In this document: positions 37,027 to 46,073 of the stretch, one piece after another
How the letters are laid out: each line of letters starts with the position of its first letter
How positions within the stretch are numbered: the stretch's first letter is position 1
Origin: Azolla caroliniana
Taxonomy: Eukaryota > Plantae > Polypodiophyta
Direction: 5' to 3'
Assembly: GCA_043228905.1 (NCBI GenBank)
Contig: JBHGNT010000011.1
Span: forward strand, 3,534,001 to 3,598,000
Length of the DNA stretch: 64,000 nucleotides
Translations under genes and position numbers: made by a program
Notes under the pieces: model-generated
What the model was told of the DNA's origin: nothing
The model's database searches: none
Seen by the model: only the letters and a program-made list of their open reading frames with translations

Positions 37027-40000
37027 TCATGACACTATCCCCCCTTTAAAACGACGAGTGTCACGAGTCGTCTTGGATTGAGGACTCGGTTTGTGTGGAT
37101 ATTGACGATGGAAGTCTTCAAGAAGAGCACGAGCATTGGTTACATTCTCGATCGGTTCCCAAGTACGTTCGTTGGGACTATAGCCTAGCCAATCGACTAG
37201 ATAGTAGAGCTTGTTGCGAACAATCTTGGAATCAAGAATGGCGGCAACCTCGTACTCCGGCCCATCTTCAAGCTTGATCGGGGGTGGAGGTTGGATAAGA
37301 CGTTCTGGGATGGTGCTCTCGTGGTAGGGTTCGAAGAGAGAACTATGAAACACCGGATGTATCCGAAGTTGAGGAGGTAGATCGAGACGAAAAGCAACAT
37401 CATTAATCTTTCCAATAATACGGAAAGGACCTAATCGCCGATAATCCAACTTCTCACATGGGCGAGTAGTCTTGATGTGTCGTCGTAGCAACCACACCCG
37501 ATCTCCAATATTAAAACTAGATGGAAGTCGATGACGATCCGCGTAGACCTTGTGTGTTTGTTGAGCTTGCTGGAGATGAGTAGATAAATCCGCTTGTATC
37601 TTGCGTAACCGCTCCAAACGATCCTCCGCGCACGGATTTGTGGACACCTCTGGGGTTTCAAGTACACTCCACCGGGGGTGACATCCCGTATAAGCATAAA
37701 ATGGCGTAACTTTAGTGGATGCGTGGATAGAGTTGTTATAGGCAAATTCGGCGAAGTGGAGAATATCTGTCCAGTCGTCCTGATGATAGCTGAGAAAGCA
37801 CCGCAGATACTGCTCCAACGTTTGATTTGTTCGTTCAGCTTGGCCGTCAGTTTGTGGGTGGTAGCCGGAAGAGAGGTTACAAGTGACCTTGAGCATGTTA
37901 AAAAGGTGCTTCCAGAATTTTGACACGAACTGGGGTCCACGGTCGCTGATGATACTATCGGGGAGTCCATGATGCCGACATACTTCACGCATGACAATTT
38001 CGGCAGTGTCTTCACTGGAGATCTCCTTAGTACATGGCAAGAAATGAGCCATCTTCGTATATCGATCGACCACCGTTAGAATCGCATTGAACCCCTTAGA
38101 GACTGGAAGATCTGTGATGAAGTCTAGAGCAATGGATTGCCACGGCTTGCTTGGAATTGATAATGGTTCTAATAAACCATATGGATGATGCCTTGGCATT
38201 TTCGCTCTGCAACATGTATCACAAGTCCGAACAAAATCCTCGAGAAATTGTCGCATACAGGGCCACCAGAATGATCGTTGTACTAAATGTAATGTTTTAG
38301 TACTACCAAAATGCCCAGCTGTATATGTGTCATGACAGTTTTGTACTACTCGAAGGCGGCAAGAACCATTAGGAACATACAAAAGTTCTTTAAAGAAGAG
38401 TAATCCATCATGGTATTTGAATTGCCGATAGTCCGTACCTGGTGGTTGCGACTGTGAACACGACGCTCGAGAGGGATCAATTTGTGCTAGTATAGCTTGG
38501 GCGAACGCATCTGTCTTCAAGTCTTCACGTATGGTATCGATAACGCGGGAATCCATAGGCATGTCAAAGATTTGTGTTGCTTGTAATCGTGCCGGTCCCA
38601 AGATGACTTGTTTTTGGTTATCGAAAGCTGGCTCGCCGGGACGGGGTGCTAGATACGAACGCCGTGATAATGCATCTGCCTTCCCTTGGTGCCTCCCCGG
38701 ACGATATGTAATTTTGAAGTCAAAACGCGTGAGGAAGTGGGCCCACCGAGCTTGACGTCGATTCAACACACGAGCATCTTGAAAGTAGGCAAGATTCTTG
38801 TGGTCACTAAATACGGTGACTGGATGAGAGGATCCCTCCAGAAAATGCCTCCATTGCATAAAAGAATCCACTATTGCCAATAGCTCCTTATCATGGATTT
38901 CGTAGTTGATTTCGGCGGCATCAAACTTGCGTGAGTGAAAAGCCACAGGATGTAGCTTTTCATCATTCCCCTGTTGTGACAGAATGCTCCCCAATGCAAA
39001 ATCCGATGCGTCAGCTTCGATAATGAATGGTTTCTCCGGATCGACATGAGCTAGAATTGGAGCCGATGTAAATGCTTTTTTAAGACTCTCGAAAGCCATG
39101 TCCGTTTCTTCAGACCAGGTGAACGGTTGTCCCTTCCTGGTAAGTTGTGTGAGAGGTAGAACGATCTTTGAGTAATCCTGTATGAACTTCCGGTAAAAAT
39201 TGGCAAAGCCTAAGAAGCATTGCACATCCCGTACCGAACGCGGAGTCTGCCATTCTACCACCGTTCTGACCTTAGCTGGGTCCATGGAGATGCCTTCTGA
39301 CGAAATGATGTAGCCGAGAAATTCCACTTGGTTGCACCCGAAACTACATTTTTCTAGCTTTGCATACAGACCATGTTCTCGAAGTCGTTTTAGTACTAAT
39401 AGTACATGAGAATCATGTTCTTCTTGGGTCTTTGAATAAACCAGTAGATCATCCAAATAGATGATCAAACAATCATCCAATAGATCTCGGAATATATCAT
39501 TAGCCATGTGCTGGAAGACTGCCGGCGCATTAGTGAGGCCGAACGGCATGACAGTATACTCGAAGTGCCCATATCTGGTGCGAAACGCGGTCTTCCATTC
39601 GTCTCCTGGTCGGATCCGTACGAGGTTATATGCTCCCCGTAAGTCGATCTTCGTGAAGAACCTGGCACCATTGATCCGTTCTAAAAGACTTGAGATAAGG
39701 GGAAGAGCATACCTATTCCTGATTGTAACCTTATTCAAGCCACGGTAATCTACAACGAGACGAAGCGATCCATCTTTTTTCTTGACGAAGAAAATGGGCG
39801 CACCGGCTGGAGATTTCGAATGCCGAATGAAACCATTTTCCAAATTCTCCTCTATATAGGCCCGAAGGACTTCCAGCTCGGTTGGTGACAAATTGTAGAT
39901 CGGTCCCCATGGCGGCTCTTTTCCCGGTTGTAAATCGATGGGGCAATCGTACGGTCGATGATGAGGAAGTGTGTTGGCTTGTACTTTATCGAACACATCG

Positions 40001-40617
40001 GTGTAATGGCGATACTTCTCGGGAAGTTGAACGGTGGATTCTTCTTTAGTGGTGTTGGAGGGGTTTACTGATATTGCAAAGAGGAACATTTCCTCCTTGT
40101 GCCCTTCTTTATGCAACTGACGTAGCGAAATGGTTGCCATCTTCTGAGTTGACCCTTGGGTTTGTCGACACCGGATTTCTCTTGTTCTCCAATCTATGTC
40201 AGGGTTATGTAACTCGAACCACGGTAGTCCTAAAACTATAGGATGTTCTGGGATACTAATAATATTAAATGATACTACACATACTAAGTTATCTAGGATA
40301 ATATTAATGGGCTCTGACTCTTCTAGGATATTTCCGGAAGCAATGGGACGTCCATCAATGACTACTACAGAGGCTGGACACTGGAGTTTTCTTAGGGATA
40401 TCTTATGAGCTTGAGCAAATTTCTTATCCATAAAGCAAGAGTTAGCTCCGGAATCTAGGAGTGCTAGGACATGTACTGGAGGGGTACTTTTAGTACTAAC
40501 TATTACTTGGGCTACGAACACATCACTAACTTGCTTAGAGGGAATGGAACCACTAATGGGCTGCACAGATCTAGGGCTGTCCAACCAAACGGCTCCTATT
40601 TTGGCTGGACTTAGTCG
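37027..40617 (-). CDS. Pol of chromovirus F (PR-RT-RH-INT-chromodomain), probably reached by -1 frameshift
   Basis: Uninterrupted ORF with LLDSGANS, YLDD, EADASDF, HHCC/DDE integrase, GPF motif and EYEVAAILD...YLVDWLGY...TWEP. The listed ORF starts at TTG, and the frame stays open ~55 nt further upstream, overlapping the gag end. Confidence 0.93.
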   Translation of the reverse strand, partial: RLSPAKIGAVWLDSPRSVQPISGSIPSKQVSDVFVAQVIVSTKSTPPVHVLALLDSGANSCFMDKKFAQAHKISLRKLQCPASVVVIDGRPIASGNILEESEPINIILDNLVCVVSFNIISIPEHPIVLGLPWFELHNPDIDWRTREIRCRQTQGSTQKMATISLRQLHKEGHKEEMFLFAISVNPSNTTKEESTVQLPEKYRHYTDVFDKVQANTLPHHRPYDCPIDLQPGKEPPWGPIYNLSPTELEVLRAYIEENLENGFIRHSKSPAGAPIFFVKKKDGSLRLVVDYRGLNKVTIRNRYALPLISSLLERINGARFFTKIDLRGAYNLVRIRPGDEWKTAFRTRYGHFEYTVMPFGLTNAPAVFQHMANDIFRDLLDDCLIIYLDDLLVYSKTQEEHDSHVLLVLKRLREHGLYAKLEKCSFGCNQVEFLGYIISSEGISMDPAKVRTVVEWQTPRSVRDVQCFLGFANFYRKFIQDYSKIVLPLTQLTRKGQPFTWSEETDMAFESLKKAFTSAPILAHVDPEKPFIIEADASDFALGSILSQQGNDEKLHPVAFHSRKFDAAEINYEIHDKELLAIVDSFMQWRHFLEGSSHPVTVFSDHKNLAYFQDARVLNRRQARWAHFLTRFDFKITYRPGRHQGKADALSRRSYLAPRPGEPAFDNQKQVILGPARLQATQIFDMPMDSRVIDTIREDLKTDAFAQAILAQIDPSRASCSQSQPPGTDYRQFKYHDGLLFFKELLYVPNGSCRLRVVQNCHDTYTAGHFGSTKTLHLVQRSFWWPCMRQFLEDFVRTCDTCCRAKMPRHHPYGLLEPLSIPSKPWQSIALDFITDLPVSKGFNAILTVVDRYTKMAHFLPCTKEISSEDTAEIVMREVCRHHGLPDSIISDRGPQFVSKFWKHLFNMLKVTCNLSSGYHPQTDGQAERTNQTLEQYLRCFLSYHQDDWTDILHFAEFAYNNSIHASTKVTPFYAYTGCHPRWSVLETPEVSTNPCAEDRLERLRKIQADLSTHLQQAQQTHKVYADRHRLPSSFNIGDRVWLLRRHIKTTRPCEKLDYRRLGPFRIIGKINDVAFRLDLPPQLRIHPVFHSSLFEPYHESTIPERLIQPPPPIKLEDGPEYEVAAILDSKIVRNKLYYLVDWLGYSPNERTWEPIENVTNARALLEDFHRQYPHKPSPQSKTTRDTRRFKGGIVS

Positions 40618-41762
40618 TTTAACTCTTCTTCTAACTGACTAAGGACATCAAATTTGTTTGCTAGATCTGGGATATTAGTACTATTAGGACTATCAGATAT
40701 CCCTACTGAAATAGGTTCGGATTTAGTACAATTAGAACTAGCGACTATTTGGTTTACCTGTCTTCTTGGCCTATGGGGGCAATTTATTGCGATATGTCCT
40801 GGTCCACCGCAGTAAAGACATAGTCGATTTGTACGGCGTCGCTGCTTTTCTTCTTCGGATAACGGCCCTCGACGACGTGTAGTGTCAATCTCCATCGGAG
40901 TCGGAGTATTCGCTGGAGACGCATTATATGACTCCCTCGGAAAAGGTCTTGCTACCACTGAGGCGTAGGTGGGCTCTGATCTTGCCCTCGGCATCTGTAG
41001 CTGTCGTTCCGAACGTCGCTCAAAGAGGCGGTTGTCACATCTCACCGCGCGACTGATTGCTTCTGTTAAGGACTTTGGCTCTTCGGGGAAGGTCAAGAGT
41101 AAATCCTTGACGTCGTTGCGTAAACCATAACGGAATTGCTCCATCAACGCTTGATCATCCCAAGGGATATCGGTGGCGAGTAGGCGAAAATCTGCAGCGT
41201 ATGCGGAGGCTGGACGGTCACCTTGGCGTAATCGCCGGATTTTGTTGATTGCGGTCCTAATGCTGTCAGTATCTCCGAAACATGCTTTAAACTCACCTAG
41301 AAACTCTTCAAAATTGTTGAGTAACGGAGATTCCTTTTCTAATAGTGGAGCGAACCATGACAACGCTGAGCCACTTAACAAAGTGCCTACTAAACCCACT
41401 CGTGATGCATCGGTGGGATATCGGGAAGGATGCATTTGAATAACTAATCGTACCTGGTTAAGGAACCCTCTAAACTGCGATCGCGTTCCATCGAACTTCG
41501 TGGGAAGGCCAATCTTAGGTTCTTTATGAATCCCTTGTGTTCCGGGCCCATGTTGTTGCATCGCTACGATGGTGGCTTCGAGTTGTTGCACGCGTAACGC
41601 AAGTTCCCCATGTTGTTGTTGCGTTTGCTGCTTTTCTAAGGAGATTTGCTGAAGATCCCCCAGCAACCGTTGGTTTTCTTGTTCCAAAGCATGGAACTTC
41701 TCCTTCAAGCATTGGAATTCCGAGAAAACAGAGTGATATTCTTTAGCGCTAACAGTGGCCAT
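40611..41762 (-). CDS. Gag of chromovirus F
   Basis: 383-aa ORF with a coiled-coil N-terminus, retrotransposon gag core (PTKFDGTRSQFRGFL, LRQGDRPASAYAADF) and CCHC CLYCGGPGHIAINC. Confidence 0.93.
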   Translation of the reverse strand: MATVSAKEYHSVFSEFQCLKEKFHALEQENQRLLGDLQQISLEKQQTQQQHGELALRVQQLEATIVAMQQHGPGTQGIHKEPKIGLPTKFDGTRSQFRGFLNQVRLVIQMHPSRYPTDASRVGLVGTLLSGSALSWFAPLLEKESPLLNNFEEFLGEFKACFGDTDSIRTAINKIRRLRQGDRPASAYAADFRLLATDIPWDDQALMEQFRYGLRNDVKDLLLTFPEEPKSLTEAISRAVRCDNRLFERRSERQLQMPRARSEPTYASVVARPFPRESYNASPANTPTPMEIDTTRRRGPLSEEEKQRRRTNRLCLYCGGPGHIAINCPHRPRRQVNQIVASSNCTKSEPISVGISDSPNSTNIPDLANKFDVLSQLEEELND

Positions 41763-41939
41763 GGGATGAAAGAAAAGAGGAATAAAAGATTAGTAAGAAA
41801 TGAGAGAGACAGAAGGTAGGGAAATTGGTTCAAACTGTCATGAACAGTACTGAGACAGAGAAGGAATTAGTACTAAACGAAGGATTAGTACTATGAGAGG
41901 TGTGGAACTTCTTCGAGAGAAGGAAGAAGTGAGCGAGAC

Positions 41940-41979
<40 letters not shown>

Positions 41980-42104
41980 AGAAAGATATTTATTATATGA
42001 AGAGAATATACAACGGTGGCTAAAAGGCTTAAGACTGGCGTTGAACCAATTTGGTTCAACATAATGCCTAGTGCCCTCTTTTATAGTGTTTTCAGGAGTA
42101 ATCC

Positions 42105-42124
42105 TGAAGCTTCTAGAATGTTCC
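42105..42124. promoter_or_regulatory. Heat-shock element (4 inverted nGAAn units) upstream of TATA in the 5' LTR of F; copy at 36745-36764
   Basis: GAAgcTTCtaGAAtgTTC. TATAAAA lies on the - strand at 42079-42085. Confidence 0.7.
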
Positions 42125-42399
42125 AGAGAAATCTGGAATATACACTAATTTCCTATAATAAAATGTAAATGAAAATAATATCCTACGTATTACAATAGAT
42201 GTTCTAATGGTCAAGAGCTCGACCCATATAATCTAAGGTCATGGGTTCGAGTCTTGCCATATCATGACACTAATTTCCTATAATAAAATGTAAATGAAAA
42301 TAATATCCTACGTATTACAATAGATGTTCTAATGGTCAAGAGCTCGACCCATATAATCTAAGGTCATGGGTTCGAGTCTTGCCATATCATGACAACAAG

Positions 42400-44349
42400 A
42401 CGATTGAAGGCTGGAAGCAACAGAAGTCGGAATTGACTCCCTAGTCAACCCCGACTACCATCGACTTAATGCCAAGTGAGTCGTCATCGACAACTGTAAG
42501 GAGATAGTTGGCTGATAGAGCCGAATCCGAGTCGATCGACTCGGAGAGACCGACTGACTATGAGTCAGAGTCGGCAAAGTTGCAAAGGTCAATTGATGAA
42601 TGTGAGTTGGAATTACCCAACTAGGAGAGGCCGATTGACGAGCAGAATCCTGAGCAGGGAGGAGTTGGCAGAGACGTCGGAAAGAGAGCCAACAACGAGT
42701 GGAAGAAGATACCCATTGAGAGAAAGGAAAGCACCGACTACATACGCCAATCAATACATCCTCTTGACTGATGAAGGTGAACCGGAGTGTTACGAAGAAG
42801 CCATTGCCGATGAGCACAGAGAGAAATGGCTGAGCGCGATGCAAGATGAGATGAAATCCTTGCACGAGAACTACACCTACGACCTAGTAGAGCTGCCGAA
42901 AGGTAAGAGAGCACTTAGGAATAAGTGGGTCTATAAGGTGAAGACTAGAGAAGCTGATAGTGAGCCCAGGTATAAAGCCCGTATAGTGGTGAAGGGTTTC
43001 CAACATAAGAAGGGCGTTGACTTTGACGAAATATTCGCTCTAGTCCTTAAGATGACATCCATCCGAACTGTTCTGAGCATAGCGGCCAGCATGGACTTGG
43101 CGATCGAATAGTTCGATGTCAAAACCACATTTTTGCATGGGGAGCTAGAAGAAGAAATCTATATGCAGCAACCTGAAGGCTTTGAGGAGAAAGGGAAAGA
43201 GAATCTGGTGTGTCGACTGAAGAAAAGCTTGTATGGTTTGAAACAAGCTCCACGCCAATGGTACAAGAAATTCTAGTCCTTCATGATGGAACACTGGTTC
43301 CAGAAAACACAAGCCGATCACTATGTGTTCGTCAAAAGGTACGAAGAAGGAGACTTCTTGATTCTCTTGCTATATGTCAATGACATGTTGATAGTTAGTC
43401 AAGATACAAGGAAGATTGGAAGCTTGAAGAAAGCTCTCAGCAAATCATTTGCCATGAAAGACCTTGGACCGGCTAATCAGATCTTAGGAATGCACATAGT
43501 TTGAGACAAAACTCAAAAGGTGCTATGGTTGTCAAATAGAAGTATGTGATGAAGATCCTAGAGAGATTTAACATGTCAGATGCAAAGACAGTCAGCTCAG
43601 TGTTGCGGAGAAATTGTAGATTGAATGCGAAGCAGTGCCCGAAAGGGGAGAAGGAAAAAGCCGAGATGAGGAAGGTTCCATATTCCTCGGCCGTTGGCAG
43701 TCTAATGTATGCTATGGTTTGTACGAGACCAGACATAGCATTTGCTGTAGGAGCAGTAAGCCGATACATGAGTAATCCAGGGAGAGAACACTGGGCAGTA
43801 GTGAAGTGGATACTCAGGTACTTAAAGGGCACCTCAGCGGTATGCCTAAGGTATGGTGTCGGAAAACCTGTGCTGGAAGGTTTTACCGACTCGGACATGT
43901 CGGGAGATGTCGACTCAAGTCGATCCACGTTAGGGTACGTGATGACCTATGCAGGGGGAGCAGTGTCGTGGCAATCACAACTGCAGAAGTTTGTAGCTTT
44001 GTCGACTATAGAGGTAGAGTATATGGCAGCAGTAAAGGCCGACAAAGAGATGATCTGGATGAGAAGTTTTCTCACCGAATTAGGGATGAAGCAAAAGGAA
44101 CTCTTGCTTCACTATGATAGCCAGAGTGCCATACATCTTGCCAAGAATGCTGCATACCACTCCCAGACCAAGCATATACAGAGAAGGTATCACTGGTTGC
44201 GGGAGAGAGTCGAAGAAGGAGAGTTTTCCTTGGTGAAGATCCATACAGATGACAATGGATCCGACATACTGATGAAGAACCTACCTATGGACAGACTTAG
44301 AGTTTGTCGACAAAAGACAGGACTGACTGACTTCCTCCCACAGGAGTGA
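42400..44349 (+). pseudogene. Element E RT-RNase H
   Basis: Motifs YKARIVVKGF, LLLYVND, GSLMYAMVCTRPD and TKHIQRRYHWLRE. Confidence 0.9.
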
Positions 44350-46073
44350 AGGGGGGGAGTTTGTTGGGAATATGTCCCTCCAGTGGGAGGAGGAACCGAC
44401 TGTCCAGAAGTTGCTGACAGTTGATGACTACGAGGAGCCGACTGATTGGACCAAGGAGTGCCAACAGTCGAAGACAGGGAAGATCCGACTGTTCGGAAAG
44501 ACGATAGTTGAAGAGTCGAAAACAGTGAGTCGACTGTTTGATAGTTCGACTATTATTATTATAGCAATAATAATAATGACACGTAGCAGAGGCTACATTT
44601 GTAAATAACCCATATAGTGTATAAGTATAAATACACTTAGGGCAAAACGAGTTTAATAGGAAAAAACAGAGAGGCTTCTGTGGTCGATAGAGCCGTGCAC
44701 TCTTGAAGTTTTAACCTCCATGATATCGCACCGCCACCATAGGTGAAGATGTAACCTGATGTCGATTTCAGATTGTCCGTATTCCCGGCATAGTCGGAAT
44801 TGGTGTAGCCTTCGACTTTGGCTGAGGTTGTCAGTCTGAAAGTCAGCTGTGTATCTTCGGTCCCTCTCAGGTACCTGAAGATGTGCTTGACGGTCTCCCA
44901 ATGCTTCCGTCCTGGGTTTGACATGTACCGGTTGACCACTCCTACGACATACACTAGGTTGGGTCGGGTCGCCACCATTGCGTACATGATACTTCCTACG
45001 GCCGATACGTATGGGCATATTTCCATTAAGCTCTCTCTCCTTTTCCATTGAAGGAGAGTCTCTGTCCGATATTCGGATCGACGTCGAAAGCGGTGTTGGT
45101 GTTGGCTTCACATTCTCCATATTGAAGCGCTTCAGCACCTTCCGGATATAGTCGGACTGGGAGAGTTAGAGAGTCTTGGTCATCCAATTTTGCTCGATCC
45201 TCATGCCCAATATGTGACGGGCTTGTCCGAGTTCCTTCATCACGAACTTGTCATGAAGGTGTGAAAGTGTTTTTAGAATCTAAGCCATTGAACATTAGGA
45301 GAATATAAAGTATAGATAATTCACCTTTTGAGGATAAGAACACGAACTAAGACCTTAGGGAAGAAGTCAAAAGTAAAAGTACGAGACCAAGAGAAAAGTA
45401 AAAAGAGAAAACGCAGACTATAAAAAACAGTAAAAATAGAATGGTCATAACTCCCTCGTTGTTTATCCAAATATCACGTTTAAATATGGATTAGAAAGCT
45501 TGTAAAAAGAGCTTTCTATAGCTTTTTAAATCGCTTAATTTGGATTTCGGATGAGGGAGATATGACGATTAGAAGGTCGATGTGTCATAGCTAAAAATAG
45601 GAAGATAAAAAGCTTCTAAAAATAGCATGAACGTAGATAAGAAGAGGAAGGTTATAAAAGAAGAAGTGATATTAGTGAGGAGGGGCTAAGAGTGAAGGCC
45701 AAAGAGTGGATGAGGAGTGTTAGGAAGAAGTGTCTTAGAAGAGGAAGGTCTTTGGTTTTAGTTCAATGTGGAGTTTGTCTCCTTTGTATTCTCTTGATGT
45801 TGGAATATCAGAACATTCTTATTTCTTGCTCGCTTTCTCTATCTTTTTTCTTAGTTTCTTGAGTTATACTCTCTAATCATAATTACCTAGAGCTATATAA
45901 TATATTATGATTTTCAACTCCATCTAATCGGTTTGGTCAAGCCCTCATATAGTGTATAACTATCTATTATCTTATACACCCTATCATTTTGGCGCTCCAG
46001 GGAGGGTCGATCCTTTCCGTATAGGAAGAGAAGTTATCATTTAATTGTGTTACTATATTACATTAACTTAGCT

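Larger units (their letters stand above)
36474..42394 (-). mobile_element. Ty3/Gypsy chromovirus F (Tcn1-like), intact and very young
   Basis: LTRs 36474-37034 and 41836-42394 are identical by eye except for one GA unit. TSD ACAAG, PPT 37035-37047. Gag and pol are intact and pol ends in a chromodomain. Confidence 0.96.
33520..44674 (+). mobile_element. Ty1/Copia element E (Tnt1/Tork-like), inserted in the 3' LTR of G
   Basis: 5' LTR 33520-34164, PBS 34168-34179, PPT ~44348-44359. The 3' LTR 44362-44674 is truncated by a deletion. Left target copy is ATTGC. Confidence 0.9.
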
